NCBI RefSeq assembly: GCF_006345805.1
Contig: NC_042999.1
Location: forward strand, 100,130,001 to 100,194,000
Length of the DNA: 64,000 bases
Direction: 5' to 3'
DNA from: Octopus sinensis
Taxonomy: Eukaryota
The position numbers were made by a program, and so were the translations under genes. The notes beneath the pieces were generated by a model. It had not been told where the DNA came from. It saw nothing but the letters and a program-made list of their open reading frames with translations, and ran no database searches. Numbering within the stretch: the stretch's first letter is position 1; each line of letters starts with the position of its first letter. Of the stretch, positions 14,507-28,776 are shown piece by piece.

Positions 14507-14983
14507 CAATGGAAATTATATATAATTATTTATACATGTAAAGACTTGTACAGATACAAATACACTTATATTGGTGGGGGTTGTGGTGTGCGTGTGTAAT
14601 CATGTGTGTATATGTAGTTGTGATCGTGTTTCATGTGTTAATACATATCTAGATTTCTTGGTGAACTTTCAAGAAATCTGAGATCAATAAAGAGGAGAGA
14701 TAGCTGTGAGGCATAACATCCAAGGATCATGGATATCATTCATACGATGTAACATCACTTTGATGTTAAACTCTTCTCCCATTTTCCTGTTGTCTTTGAA
14801 GGATGCAAAATTCCCGGTGAAGCAATCAATAAAAAAAATTACCCAGAATAAAAAGACAATTTTACGACCTTCCCCGATCTCACTATTATATCAGCTTGAC
14901 ATACACCTCCGCTCTACGTCATTAGCGTTGTCGGAAATAATTGTCCAAAGACGGATCTCTTTGAATTCCATGTAATCCATCTC

Positions 14984-15035
<52 letters not shown>

Positions 15036-15526
15036 AAAGTTTTTCAATCTGAAGAATAATGATAGTTATTGTGTATACAACTTTTCTTCTCATTCTCCAC
15101 CACCACTTCACTCTCTCTCATTCTCTCTCTCTCTCTCTTTCTCAATCTATCTATTTATCTATCTCTTTCTCTACCTCTCCAACACGCACGCACTCTCTTT
15201 CACTTTATATTTTGTATTTTGTCTCCCTATTTAATTCCTTTACCAATGTATAAAACCCCTCAAGTTTTTGGTTTGTTCTTTTAAAATAATACCTACAGAC
15301 ATATTGGAAGAATTTTTTAAAGATCTTTCATGAATAAGTGTCGGAATATTAGTCTTGCACAGCTTAGGAAAGTATTGTTTCTTTCCTATATTCATGTATG
15401 TATGTATGTAGGCATATATGTGTGTGTGCGTGCGTGTGTATGTATGCATGTATGTATGTACATACGCATGTATATAAATATGTATGTATATACGTATGTA
15501 TATATATATATATATATGTGTGTATG

Positions 15527-15586
<60 letters not shown>

Positions 15587-16570
15587 TACACCGTAATACT
15601 ACACCAGAGTTAAAAATACTCGTATGCATCTCCACGCATAACCCTAGAAACAATGAAACCTTCAACATTATCATCCAAAATCTACCCATTCTCACAGGAG
15701 ATAAAATAATGAACAAAAGTTTAGGAACACACAAAATTATCAAGAGCAACATGCAACCAGAATCATTGAAAAAATATTAACAACAGTGAAAAATGCGGTT
15801 GGCCTAACTGTGGCATATGCTCCTACCTTTTGGAAGGTACAGATTTCCACTTTAAACAAGGTGAAATATTTAAGATAAAATCAAATTTTACCTGTGCCTC
15901 GGAAAACCTAAGCTATGCTGTTACCTGGTTAGGGTGCAGTAATCAATATATTGGCCAAACTGGAATATCACTCCGTCGAAGAACCACTCTTCACAAAGAA
16001 CAAATCTGCCACCCACAATACAGACAGATACAGGTCAGTGAACACGTAGAAAGGTGTGCTAGGAAGCTTAATCCTAACTTCCTAATTTTCCCCTTCTATC
16101 AGTATTCACTGAACACCTCAGCACAGCAAAGAATGAACAAGGAGGCAACTTTCATTAATATATTTCATCCACAACTTAACATGAACACATAACATAATAC
16201 AGAACACTACTAATCTTACCAGTAATACCACTAACTCCTATACATTCCATACACCATTCATATTACGGCATTATATCTAACCTAACTACACCACATCCAG
16301 AACTACTTACCTCCTTTACACATAATCTTTTTAGTCAGGGACTAGTAGACACAACACCGTTTGGTAATCGGTGCGCATTCAAAGCCAGTGAACAGTAATC
16401 ATTATAATAACACGTATTCCTCTTAACTCTACCTCAGTTCATCTAATTGTATATATGTATCGGTACTTTTCATAAAAAAGCTTTTGTTGCTATCCAATGT
16501 ACATTTTATTCTTATGCTCCCCATATCTTTTCAACGTGTAGTTGCTATTTTCTTTTTGAAACATATTTCT
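15587..16570 (+). mobile_element. 5'-truncated Penelope-like element (Neptune-type), flanked by (TA)n
   Basis: RT C-terminal-like [15 protein letters not shown], then a frameshifted Cys linker (KCGWPNCGIC, ~15790-15820), then a GIY-YIG domain. Right boundary approximate. Confidence 0.8.
15830..16192 (+). pseudogene. GIY-YIG endonuclease domain of Penelope-like element
   Basis: FTCASENLSYAVTWLGCSNQYIGQTG..LRRR..LH..VSEH..RMNKEATFI..PQLN. Confidence 0.85.
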
Positions 16571-16582
16571 ATCATATATATA

Positions 16583-16648
<66 letters not shown>

Positions 16649-17987
16649 CTAGGTAGGTTTAAGAAGTATATGTCCTCATATTGACTGCAATCGTATCACA
16701 TACGATAACGGACGTTGCATAGGAACATATAATTTTACAATATTATTACAACTAAGGTTATTTTTTCGATAGAAATTAAAATTCTTTAATCTACTAAATC
16801 GAAAACAAAGAGTGGAGAGTAAATACGGTAACGTGTAAATTTGCTCGATTACAACACCCTGAATGAAAGACAACTCCATATTACAAGAATATTTTTATCA
16901 AATATCGTAGATGCAAGCTCAGTCACGTGGCAAACTGTGTCCAGGACTCAGTATTATTTCCAGTTACGTCTGTTTCATATTAATTACGTTGCGTGATGTT
17001 ATAATAGTAACTTAAATTACTAATACCTTGCAGAAAGGCTTAAGGGCCACAACATTATTTCTGTGAATACAGTATATACACGTATCAAAACGATTAGTCG
17101 AATAGATTCTTGATTCTGCTTATTGTCCTTGTGTCTAAAACAAACATAGAAATAATAGCACTTTACCATATGCTTCTTATCAAGCTGTTATTAGCAAAAT
17201 ACTGGATTAACTCTGGAAGGTTTGGACGTAACATGTCGACTTTTCCTAGAAGATATTCAGTTCAGACTTCTACTAAGCATTTTTCAGTCCAATTTCCTGC
17301 GGAGCCGACACGAATGCAATTCCGGACTGTTGTAATCTGTTGCCAGGTTATAGTGCTTCTGGCCAGGCTAAAGCAATTAAAACCAAAATGGAATAAGAAC
17401 TATATGCAAGACATCAGATTAATGTCGCTGTGGTGTTTTATTGATTTTCTCTACCACTAAATCATTTACATTATGAAACATTTCAAAGTAATTCTTATAG
17501 ATTTTGATTCAATTATAATATTTCTTCAGCTTACAATGCTTGCTCAACTGCCAAACTGAACATTCAACAGATTATCTTAGAGAACCAGGTAGATTTTTAA
17601 ACTTTTACATTCCCATATATATGTATGTATATATATATAATTTTTTCTTTGTGAGCATATCAGAAACGACCCTGGAAATCTCATACATCATCAACTGTAA
17701 TAAATCACCATGGAATATACTTAATAATGCTGATTTCGTTTATTTATTTATGCAAGATAAAATGATTATCAGTGCCTGAATAGACAGCAATTAAACACTA
17801 TTTCTCTAATTAAGTTTTCACCAGAGACGAAATGAAGGATTAATAATAAATCTTTCATCGATATGTAATTGCCTTCCATGGGAAACAGTTCCATGTATTT
17901 CCAGAATATTTTCTAATTTAGCATTTTTCCTTCTTTAGATTTGCCTTTTCATCATCACTTTAATCAATATTATTGCTGTAGTTGTTT

Positions 17988-18071
17988 TTATTATTATTAT
18001 TATTATCATCATTATTATTATTATTATCATTATTATTATTATTATCATTATTATTATCATTATTATTATTA

Positions 18072-18158
<87 letters not shown>
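17988..18158. repeat. (TAA/TTA)n tract, 3' flank of the Dong/R4 LINE
   Basis: Direct reading; TCA interruptions in the distal part. Confidence 0.95.
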
Positions 18159-18160
<2 letters not shown>

Positions 18161-21067
18161 TTTTTTTTCTTCTTTCAAATTTTCTTCCATTTCTTGCCGA
18201 GTGTCTTCCCGACTCCTAGGGCAAAGAAACTCATAGTGTATATTGGTAGGCCATTAAACCAAACTCAGTAGTTCGTTCATTTTTTTTTTATTTTTATTTT
18301 TTATTTTTTTAAAGTTAAATTAAAATACATGAGCAGCAACAGTTCTCACATCGACAATGCTCTTCTCAATACGTGTGATGTACCAGTTAAGACAATCTTT
18401 TGCACTTCTTGCAGGGATGGTAAGCCAGGGATCATTCTCATATAATTTTCGGTTCCCTTCTTGATCATTCCTAGTGCTCCTACGATCACTGGTATTGTAA
18501 CCGCCTTGAGATGCCACATTTTCTCAATTTCAATGAGTAGGTCTTTATATTTTCTGAGCTTGTCAAACTCTTTCGCTGAGATATTATGATCACAGGGGAT
18601 GCTCATGTCGATCAATAAGCAAACTTTATTGTTTTGGTCTTTCACAACAATATCTGGTTTATTGGCCTTGATGGTTCGGTCTGTATGTACTGGAAAGTCC
18701 CACAGAATGGTTACATTTTCTCCTTCAGTTACAGCCTCAGGGTGGTGATTATACCACTTGTCGGCAGTTTTGATATCGTAATGCCGACTTATTAGGCAGT
18801 GGAGATATTGGCCAACTCTGTCATGTCTTAATTTATACTCCACTGGTGCTAAGACTTTACATCCAGAGATTAGGTGGTCCACTGTTTCAATCATGTCGTT
18901 GCAGAATCGGCATTTTGGGTCTGCTCCATTTTTCATCACATTGGCCTGGTAATTCCGGGTTAATAGGCTTTGGTCTTGAGCAGCCAGGATGAAACCTTCG
19001 CTCTCTGCTTTTAGCCCTGAGCTCCGCAGCCACTGATGGGTTTGCTTCTGGTCAACATCAGCTTGTTTGCTGCGGGTCACGTATTTGCCGTGCAGAGGTT
19101 TCTCCTCCCACCTATCAGCCAATTGCTCGTGCGCTTTTTTCATTGCCATCATTTTCACCTTCTTTGCAACAATAGTTGCCGTACTTCCCTCGGGTTGTTC
19201 AGTTTGGGTATCCTGCACGAGATCAATAGCAAATTTTTTGCTTTCCTTGATGATAGAATGAAGCTTCTTTCGTCTCTCGTGATTTTCCACGAGCTTTAGC
19301 ATCCAGTCATTCGATATTTCGAGATATTTGGCCAGTCCAATTGTGGTTGTTTTGTAAGCTAGTTCAAATTGGATCAGGCCTCGACCTCCTTGGGCTCTGG
19401 GAAGGTAAAGGCGATCTACGTCTGCCTTTGGGTGGTGCATCCTATTACAACTCAGCAGCTTGCGTATTTTTCTATCTATATTCTTTACTTCACTCATATT
19501 CCAGTTCAACACATTGTAGCTATAAGTAACAACTGGAACTGCTAAGGAATTTATAGCTAACACCTTGTTACCTGCATTTAGTTCAGATTTCAGGACTGCA
19601 CGAACTCTCCTATAACATTCCTTCCTGATTTTCTCTTTCATGCTTGCATGCTGAATACTAGAGCCTTCATTTATCCCTAAATATTTGTATGTCTGTTCTT
19701 GCTCAAGCTCTCTTATGACTGTGTCAACATCTAACACGACTGAATTTGTGGTCTTCACTTTCCCTTTCTGGAAAGTGGCCTTGGCACACTTCTCAAGTCC
19801 AAACTCCATCCCGATGTCATCGCTGAATGCTTTCACGGTGCGCAATAGGCCTTCAAGTTCATTATTGTTTTTACCATAAAGTTTTAAGTCATCCATATAA
19901 AATAGATGGCTTATTTTTTTATTGGCAATTTTATACCCATACCCTGTTCTGTTTAATTCACTTGTAAGGGGTATTAGGGCTATGCAGAATATTAAAGGTG
20001 AAAGTGAGTCACCTTGAAAAATTCCACAGTTGATGTTTATATTTTCTGAGGCAAGTACTCCATTAGAGTGGTATAATTGGAGATTCGTATTCCACAACGA
20101 CATATTGTGCTTCAGGAAGTTTGAAATCACAGGGGAAATTTTAAAGATGTCCAGCGATCTCAAGATCCATGGATGCGGTATACTGTCGAAGGCCTTTTTA
20201 TAGTCAATCCATGCGGTGCTGAGATTTCTGCGCTTGTTGTGACAGTTCTCAAGGATCATACGATTGATTAGCAGTTGATCTTTGCATCCGTAAGAGCCTC
20301 GGCGGCACCCTTTTTGTTCAATGGGGAAAATATCGTTCTTCTCCATGAATGCATATGTTTTCTCCGCCAGGATAGATGTTAGGATTTTATACGTGGTGGA
20401 TAGACAGGTTATAGGCCGATAGTTTTTTGGAAGGTTGGTTTCGTTATTCTTTGGGAGTAGGTAAGTAATGCCACTTGCTAACCATTCAGGTGTTTTCTTT
20501 GGGTCTCTCAAAATTCCATTGAGCAGCTGAACTAGCTTACCGTGTGCGCACGGGAGCGATGCGAGCCAGAAATTCGGCACCCTATCTTTACCGGGGGATT
20601 TCCAATTATGGGCCTTCGTGAGTGCCTTTCTTAGGTCTGCTATTGTGATGTCTTCCCATGCTTGTTGTTGTAAATTTTGGTAGGATCCTTCAGTTTGTAT
20701 AATCCAGTCTGCATTTATGTTGTACGTCTTCTTGTCACTCCAAATCCTTTCCCAAAAGTTTTGAACTTCTTCCATGGGAGGGGGGTCTTTAACGGTTACT
20801 TTCTCCTTCCCTATTTCTCTGTAGAATTTTTTGGCATTGGATGTGAACAGCTTATTTTGCTTGTAAAACTTGTTTCTCTTCTCAAATCTTCGTATTCTTT
20901 GGGCTTTTGCTTGGACTTTTTGTTTCAGCGTTTCTTTTATTGATATCAGTTCTTCTCTTGGTGAGGATCCAAATTTTCTCTTCATCTTTCTTCCTGTTCT
21001 GGATCTTACATCATTTCCGCATATTAGTTCATTTAATATTGATATTTCCCCTCTCATAAATTCAATC

Positions 21068-21068
<1 letters not shown>
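18159..21068 (-). mobile_element. R4/Dong-clade RLE non-LTR retrotransposon, 5'-truncated, young
   Basis: Single long ORF plus ~185-nt 3' UTR; both junctions fall directly into (TAA)n in element sense. Confidence 0.9.
18346..21057 (-). CDS. Reverse transcriptase + CCHC zinc knuckle + PD-(D/E)xK restriction-like endonuclease (903 aa; N-terminus probably missing)
   Basis: RT motifs NYRPITCL, WIDYKKAFDS, GIFQGDSLSP, YMDD, KYLG; knuckle CRFC..ETVDHLISGC; endonuclease motifs RHD, KPDIVV, LIDMSIP, KLRKY. No stops or frameshifts. Confidence 0.93.
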   Translation of the reverse strand: MRGEISILNELICGNDVRSRTGRKMKRKFGSSPREELISIKETLKQKVQAKAQRIRRFEKRNKFYKQNKLFTSNAKKFYREIGKEKVTVKDPPPMEEVQNFWERIWSDKKTYNINADWIIQTEGSYQNLQQQAWEDITIADLRKALTKAHNWKSPGKDRVPNFWLASLPCAHGKLVQLLNGILRDPKKTPEWLASGITYLLPKNNETNLPKNYRPITCLSTTYKILTSILAEKTYAFMEKNDIFPIEQKGCRRGSYGCKDQLLINRMILENCHNKRRNLSTAWIDYKKAFDSIPHPWILRSLDIFKISPVISNFLKHNMSLWNTNLQLYHSNGVLASENININCGIFQGDSLSPLIFCIALIPLTSELNRTGYGYKIANKKISHLFYMDDLKLYGKNNNELEGLLRTVKAFSDDIGMEFGLEKCAKATFQKGKVKTTNSVVLDVDTVIRELEQEQTYKYLGINEGSSIQHASMKEKIRKECYRRVRAVLKSELNAGNKVLAINSLAVPVVTYSYNVLNWNMSEVKNIDRKIRKLLSCNRMHHPKADVDRLYLPRAQGGRGLIQFELAYKTTTIGLAKYLEISNDWMLKLVENHERRKKLHSIIKESKKFAIDLVQDTQTEQPEGSTATIVAKKVKMMAMKKAHEQLADRWEEKPLHGKYVTRSKQADVDQKQTHQWLRSSGLKAESEGFILAAQDQSLLTRNYQANVMKNGADPKCRFCNDMIETVDHLISGCKVLAPVEYKLRHDRVGQYLHCLISRHYDIKTADKWYNHHPEAVTEGENVTILWDFPVHTDRTIKANKPDIVVKDQNNKVCLLIDMSIPCDHNISAKEFDKLRKYKDLLIEIEKMWHLKAVTIPVIVGALGMIKKGTENYMRMIPGLPSLQEVQKIVLTGTSHVLRRALSM

Positions 21069-21140
<72 letters not shown>
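21069..21140. repeat. (TAA/TTA)n tract, 5' flank of the Dong/R4 LINE
   Basis: Direct reading. Confidence 0.95.
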
Positions 21141-21340
21141 TTACTTATGGTGAACGAAATACTTTAAACAGCTTTGTGTAAGATTTGGATTTATTAGTTT
21201 AATTCGATTAAAAAGATGTTCGTTTATATATTCTATTTTTCTTCTAAGGAACGTGTGAGTGACTGTTCTGTTTATTATAATAAACATGAAGCTAGTCCTT
21301 AACATCGTTACAGCTGTGACCCCTATACTTTCTTCAGTCT

Positions 21341-21653
21341 ACTTTTATTTTATCGGTCTCTTAGCCGAACCGCTATGTTACAGAGACAAACAAACCAACA
21401 CCGGTTGTGACTCGGTGATAGGAGACAAACACAGTCACAAAGACACACACTTACACACACACACACAAACACACACACATATTTATACGACGAGCATGTT
21501 TCAGTTTTCGTCTACCAATCCACTCAAAGGCTTTCTGTCGCCTAGTAGAGGAAACTATAGACGGCTTTAATAGGATACACTTGCACAATGTGCTACGCAG
21601 TGGGACTGAACCCCAAACCATGTGGTGGAGAAGCGAAGTTTTCACCACACACC
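21341..21653 (-). mobile_element. SINE family A (decayed)
   Basis: Reverse-complement match to 57172-57587. Confidence 0.75.
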
Positions 21654-21672
21654 GATTATTATTATTATTATA

Positions 21673-21761
<89 letters not shown>

Positions 21762-21859
21762 TATTATATTGTTGTTGTTATCACTATTATTATTATCATT
21801 ATTGTTGTTGCTGTTGTTATTTTCATATACGCTCAACAGTTTAAATTAGACTGTTGGAA

Positions 21860-23390
21860 AAGAAAAACATCATAACATCAGGTTTCAAGTAACCTTAGAT
21901 GTCAAGCACCCTCCTGTTGGGCTACAACAGGTAACCTTAGATGCCAAGAACCCTCCTAAGTATCCTAACTGTCCCTAATAACACTATTTTCTGGAGCAGT
22001 ACTAAACTGGATTTTATGACTATTTCCTCTATCCATCCTGTCAGATCTTTAGGGATAGTTCCCAATGCACCGATAACTAATGGCATGCATTTTACCCGCA
22101 TTTTCTATAGTCCCTGTAATTTGATAGCTAGGTCCTGGTACTTTGCTATTTTTTCTATATTTCTCATATTGATATTTTCATCATTTCGGATTGTAAAGTC
22201 AATTATCTGGGATTTTCTATTCCTTTTACCTGCTACTGCCAAATCAGGCTTCTAGCTTCTATTACTCTGTCAATCTGAATGTTAAAGTCCCGCGATATCT
22301 TGCATTTCTTACTTTCTAGTACTTTACTACGTTCACGTTCATACCATTTATCAGTATGTTCAAATCCTAGATTTCTACATAGCTTCCAGTGGATTACTCT
22401 CTCTAGATTATCATGTCCTTTCTAGTTTTATTACACACATACACACTTTGGATTTTTTTGGTTTCCCTATATCTTGCTGTGACTAACAGCTTTTAATAAA
22501 CTTTCTTCACTATTGCTTACATAGGCGTCTATATCTACTCTAGATAGCTCAACGTAGTCTTCTACTGATATTAACCCTCTTCCGCCTTCCTTTCTCGGTA
22601 GATATAATCTTGCTACTTCTGCCCTTGGGTGGAATCCTCCATTCATATTGAATTCCTTCCTAGTTTTTCTGTCTAGCTTTACTAATTCAGTTTTTGTCCA
22701 ATCTACAAAAGCTGCTGAGTATCTAAGTAATGATACTGCCCAAGTATTTACAGCCTTCACTAGATTCGGACCATTTAGATTTGACTTCATTAGCATCCTC
22801 ACCATTCTGATGTACTCCTCAATTTTTATTTTCATTTCTGCATTTAGTACCGTGTTAAATTGTAGTACTTCTAGATACTTATAACTCTCTCCTCCTTTCA
22901 ATGATTTTAATGTCTGACCATCCGGTAATTGGATGCCTTCGCTTCCCCTTTTCACAACTAATATTGCACACTTATCTATGCCAAATTCCATACCTATATC
23001 CTTCCTGCAGTGTTTTACAGTCTGTATTAGGGAATCTATCTCCTTTTCATTCTTACTAAAAAAACTTCACATCATCCATGTAGAGCAAATGGTTACTTTT
23101 TCTCTCGTTGTTTCTGAACTGATACCCTGCCTTTGCCTTCCTTAATACTAAACTGAGGGGCATCAAACATAAGACAAATATTGAAGGGGTCAAGGAGTCC
23201 CCTGGAAATTTCCTCTTTCGATATTAACTTTCCATAAGAGTGTGTCACCTGAGTATAGATCTACTTTCCATTTCTTCATGCTAAAGCTAATTAATTCTCT
23301 TATGTTGTCTTCTATACTGAATATACTCAAACATTCACTTATCCATGAGTGAGGGATCATTTCATAGGCTTTCCTATAATCTAAAGGACA
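21860..23390 (-). pseudogene. Decayed R4/Dong LINE (RT and RLE fragments, internal deletion)
   Basis: DYRKAYEMIPHSWI, MEFGIDKCA, HPRAEVARLYLPRKEGGRGLI and endonuclease end (PDLAV..VIGALG..LRRVLG), with frameshifts and stops; 3' end next to the 21655-21820 (TTA)n tract. Confidence 0.85.
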
Positions 23391-23849
23391 ACAAATGGGG
23401 TGTGTTTTTAGGTTACTACCAACCGTTATTTTTATCGAGACACCATCTCTATCAAGATAGTTCGCCACAGCGACTGAGTCCTGATCTCTTGATTTTGGGC
23501 TCAGAGTGTTCCTTCTCTTAGGCTGCTTGCCACCCAAGGCTAACGAGTACAGCCTACCCAGAGCACTGGTTATTTGAATGCGCCAGATACTCTCCATTTC
23601 CTACAGTTTTCGTCAGATACTCGCCTTTTCTCACTCTTCTAAAAATATGGAACGCTTCATATTACGCTGGACTAAATGCTGAACAGTATTTCGCCCGTCG
23701 CTACTTTCTGATTTAAAATTCCGCCTTTCATCCTTTCGGGGTCGATAAATTAGGTACCAGTGAAAACTGGGATCGATGTAATCGACTAGTCCCCCCTACC
23801 CAAAATTTCAGGCTTTGTGCTTTTAGTAGAAAGTATTATTATAATTATT

Positions 23850-23990
23850 TTGCTTTGGCTCAGGTTCGGTCTTATTCCTGGTAGGATTTATGTGGGTAAC
23901 GAGTTACTACCTGTAACCTTAGGTACCCACAAGTTTTCAGTAGTCTTTCAAGTGCTTAGAACCCTCCTGCTAATCCTTGCTGTCCCTTGC
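23850..23990 (-). mobile_element. Short 3'-end fragment of R4/Dong LINE
   Basis: The minus strand encodes GTARISRRVLST*, homologous to GTSHVLRRALSM*, followed by a UTR-like segment. Confidence 0.65.
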
Positions 23991-26900
23991 GCTATTTGTC
24001 TCGGATCTTTACTTTGTGAATTCGAATTCCGCCGTGGTAAATTCCGCCTATCCTTTCGGTGTAGATAAATTAAAACGCTAGTCACGTGCTGAGGTCAAAT
24101 GTCATTGATTAATCCTCTCCCTTTAAAATTGCTAGCCTTGTTCTAAGATTTGAAAACCGTTATTGTTATTAAGCATCCCCAAAATGCTTTCGATAAAGTA
24201 CAGTACCAGTCACGTACTTGGGCAGTGGTATCGCTTAATCCTCTTCCACCAAATTTGATGTCCTTCTGCTAAAATTTGAAATAATCATTATTGTTGTTGT
24301 TATTGATTTTGCTGCAACTGTTGCTGCTGGTGATGAAGATGATGATGACGACCACGACGACCACGACGATGATGATGATTTTTTTCCTGTTGTTGTTGTC
24401 ATCATCATAATCATTCTGTTATAAAAGCAGCTCTTCCAAATATTTTATTGACAGTTTGCAATTTGATTCCTTTTTAACACATTCGAAAAGCTGTTTTATA
24501 CGGTCGAATAGTTAATTATAATTTCGGAACTAATCTGATTCTTTCAGACCATGCATAATCTTAGTTTTACAACTAGTGTATTATATTTAAAAGAACGATT
24601 TCTATTTCAATGATAATAATGCTTTATCACTTTTATTGAATTTTATCTTTTTTTATATATTTTTACAATATTGTGAGCGCATGAGATTAGTGTAGTTTTC
24701 ATATTTGCAAGCACATTTTACGAGGCTGTTGATTCACATTGCAAAGAAAACCGTTGAATCCTATTCATATTTCATATAAAACACTTTATTTTTTTAATAC
24801 GCAGTGTCTGTTATGCTAGTTCATTCCATAGTAACGGTTCCTTATTTTATACAATTCAATCATCATTCCCGCCCAGATGCTTCTATAAGATGTATTATGT
24901 CTACAGCTTGTTGTCTGACCCATTCTCATTTATTGTGACAGAATTATGATTCTCTAGAAATATTTCATTTTTCACATCATTTTTTTTTTTTTATGCTTGT
25001 GTCTTTAACGTGCGAGTAGATTTATACAAAGCATATCTCTTCAATGAACTTAACACTTTTGTAAAGTATCAGGATAGTATTGTTTTCATTTTCTTTCAAA
25101 CGTTATAAATCTATGCTCGGGACTTAACATTCATCGATAAATATACGAATGCATATTTAACACTATACATATTTCTACTATTATATTCCAAGTTAGTTTT
25201 CAATGACAGGCTGTATTTTTTAAAGACCTAGATATATTTACATTATTTAATTTTACATATTAACTTGCTTTTCTGCCGTGTTTATTTTATATTTAAACAG
25301 ACGAATTCCTGGTTCAGTGCAAGTCTGACAGAGAACAAGTGATATAAGGATACCACTAGCTTTTCTGTTTTTGCCGAAAGATATGCGCGTGTGCACGCGC
25401 ACATAATACATGCATATACGTACATAACTAAATTACATACAAACATACGTACATACATACATACATACATACATACATACATACATACATACATACATAC
25501 ATACATACATACATACATACATACATACATTCATGCGTGATGGCTATCAACTCGTAGACAAATATGACCACTTGTGACAAATTATCTTACCCTAGATGTT
25601 AAAGTCAATGGCTGTCTATGCCGAAATTTAAAGTCAATTATAGCTCACACGACATCGCTAAGACTCTCACCTACAATCAAAGTCTATATATACTGAACAA
25701 AATGGGAGCAGATTCTTTACATATTTATATTCGTGTTTATCTGAAATTATTCTAATGATATGAAGGGTACTTTACAAGTGAAACAATCCAAATATTTTAT
25801 CAAGCACAGTATACTCATGTTTCGAAGACGGCAAAATATCAGTTCCGCTATATACAGCAGGTCGAGTGACCTGCAAGTACTAGCATCTAAATCACTTTCA
25901 AATATACGAGAAAGGAGAGGGAGAATATACTATTAAGTGGTGTTAATTTGGCATTTTGAATCAGTAGTTTCCAAAGTGCATCGAATCAGTAGTTTGTAAA
26001 GTGCATTTCAGAGCTTGCGTTCGTTTCAAATCCGATTTCGGCAATCATTTTGCAATTACTCTTTGAATGAAATTCCCATCCATTATGCAACAAACGAGAT
26101 ACTGAGAATTATCTAGGCAAGGATTCGTAGATAATTAGCTTGGATATCGGTATTTCATATCCTGTCAGAAACATTGCTGATGACCATGGTACAAGAGTCT
26201 AATTATCTACGGGACAGGGACCAGAATCCTACGTTACATTATGATCTCACTCTCCACTGTAGGCAGCAGTAATAATAAAGACCTGATCGGTCGGCTTGCT
26301 GTCCTGAGTTTGATTCCTTCTTTGGCAGAAGCTTCCTTGACAAAATATTCTCTAATTTGCTTAACTTTACAGAATCTATGGAGAAGGGTTAGTACCATGG
26401 CTTCTCCTATTTTGAAAAAGGAATATGAAAACTGATAGAATGCTTCATCTTACACTTCTAAAAATGTAGAACTCGAGTCTAGTAAAATAAATATTGATTA
26501 ATTGAATTGGTACGAGACCGATGTTTTGTAGAGGCTAAAATCCACGAATATATTATATTAATGACTTTTTTTAATTTGTAGGCATGACCAGCAACATCTT
26601 AACGATGTTTGAAAGAACAAATCTAAAACATTGGCAATACATTACTCGGCGATCTACTGAATCGCTTCCAGTATGTAAGCAATAATTATTTAACGAACTA
26701 AGACTAATGAAAACTAAAATTTATTCCAAGTGAAGTGAAGGCATAGCCAGACGGATGAAACCTAACATTTCTTTCTCATTTTGAAATATATTGTTAGCTG
26801 AGAAGTGTAGTTAATGGAATTGATTCAGCACTGGAATACTTATGTTAATGAATCAGAAGTTCTGAAAACTAAAACAGGTGCCCATGTGGCCCTTGGAGTG

Positions 26901-28337
26901 GTCAAGTGGCGTCAATTTCGTTTTTCCTTTCCTTAGCAAGCTTTAAAAGATTTCATAATGATCATTGACGCTAACCTGTGTTATTTGTATAAACCATTTA
27001 AAAATCTCACAGAACTATGTTCGGGTGTTAGTAATTAGTGTAAATCATCAACAGGCATGCTACACTTTAGGATAACTTCACTTTAGAAAATAAAAATCAA
27101 TCTCACTTAGCTCACCATTTAACTCAGCGAAATTTTTTAATACTTGAAAGTAATACTTTTCCCTTGTTTGTTTTTCATTGTCATACATTAATGAGACTCT
27201 GAATAAACAGTAGCACTATTAAGTGGACGAAACCTATTGTAATTGTAGATAGAGAAGAAATCCATTGATTTTTATTGATAAAAGCCAAAATTTTATTGGT
27301 AATGAATAATTCTAACAGACCATTTTAAGGAGATAAATGCATGAGAAAAGTTTCGAATGAGAAAGAAACTCCGACATCTTGCAATGGAAGTATATATGTA
27401 CAAAGGATATATTATTCCTGCATTCACTATAATCTGCATGGCTAGACAATATATAGTAAAAAAAATTTCAGTTATATTGTTTGTAAAAAATATCGAAATC
27501 TCATACAGTTGTTTTAAACTAGATAATGTTTGGATAAAGTCACTTCTATGAATTTATTCAGTTGGAATTGTATCAGAAAATTTTATTACAAAAGCATTCA
27601 GTAAATAGTGAATAGACCTCATACCTACCGCCAACTCAAATATTAGCCTACCAAACAAAAAACATCTGTGAAATTGTTGACCGTCATCACAAAAGACAGT
27701 AAGAAACAGTTGAATAAAAAGGCTTTAAAATGAATACTAAATGCGTTTATAAATTTCAACATGGACCAGTCAGTGATTATTGTATGGCGCTTCCAAAACA
27801 TACTAAAACATTTACATTTGGCACAATTACAAGCCTAAATTATTAGAGTGGTCGATCTAAAGCAATTAAGGTATTTAGCACATGTAAACAACTCAATTAT
27901 TCCTTTGATTGTACAGCAATATTGCAAACTATTAAACATACCTATTCTGCCAGAAATAACGTTTCTTTACCATAGATTGGTCAGAAATAATCAAATTAGT
28001 TTTCATATAAGGAAATAAAACTTAATAGAAGTATCAACAATATTTAAGTAGATTAGTTCTAAATAGTAGATAATGTTCTTAGACATAATTCTCATGGTAG
28101 ATTAATCCTTTTAAAATGTGACGTTCAATACAGAACTATAGAATCCGAAACTCAATGAGACTTTTATGCATCGAATAAATATCTGCAAATAAAACCAAAA
28201 TATCAGCTTGAATGATCCTAATTTTTTATGAATGCATTGCTTCTTTATAATTTTTTTATGTTTTGTATTTTTGTATTATCTATTCTTCTGTCTATAAGTC
28301 TTTAAACTATAACAAATATATACAACTACATATTTAG

Positions 28338-28368
<31 letters not shown>

Positions 28369-28402
28369 TATGTATATGTATACATATATATATATGTGTG
28401 TG

Positions 28403-28435
<33 letters not shown>

Positions 28436-28519
28436 ATGTATATATGTAGATATATATACGTACATATATACATATACATACATATATATACACACACACA
28501 TATATACATATATACATAA

Positions 28520-28579
<60 letters not shown>

Positions 28580-28728
28580 TTATATATATAACTTCATGTG
28601 TGTAGAGAGAGACAAAGACTTATAATCACATTAGATATACATGCACACTCGTGTTTTATGACCAGACGGAGATAGATACATTTAATTCTTGAAGCATATT
28701 TCTATGCATACACACACTCATATATATA

Positions 28729-28763
<35 letters not shown>

Positions 28764-28776
28764 AGTGTGTGTGTGT

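Noticed and set aside
14651-14679. 10-bp inverted repeat AGATTTCTTG/CAAGAAATCT
   Set aside because: Short enough to arise by chance in AT-rich DNA.
8-15596. Many ORFs rich in YI/HT/CV/poly-I/N/L (also throughout the window, e.g. 47859-48584, 52709-53536, 63008-63634)
   Set aside because: They are translations of microsatellites and low-complexity DNA, with no domain signal.
19036-21181. Plus-strand ORFs overlapping the Dong ORF
   Set aside because: Antisense shadows of the real ORF.
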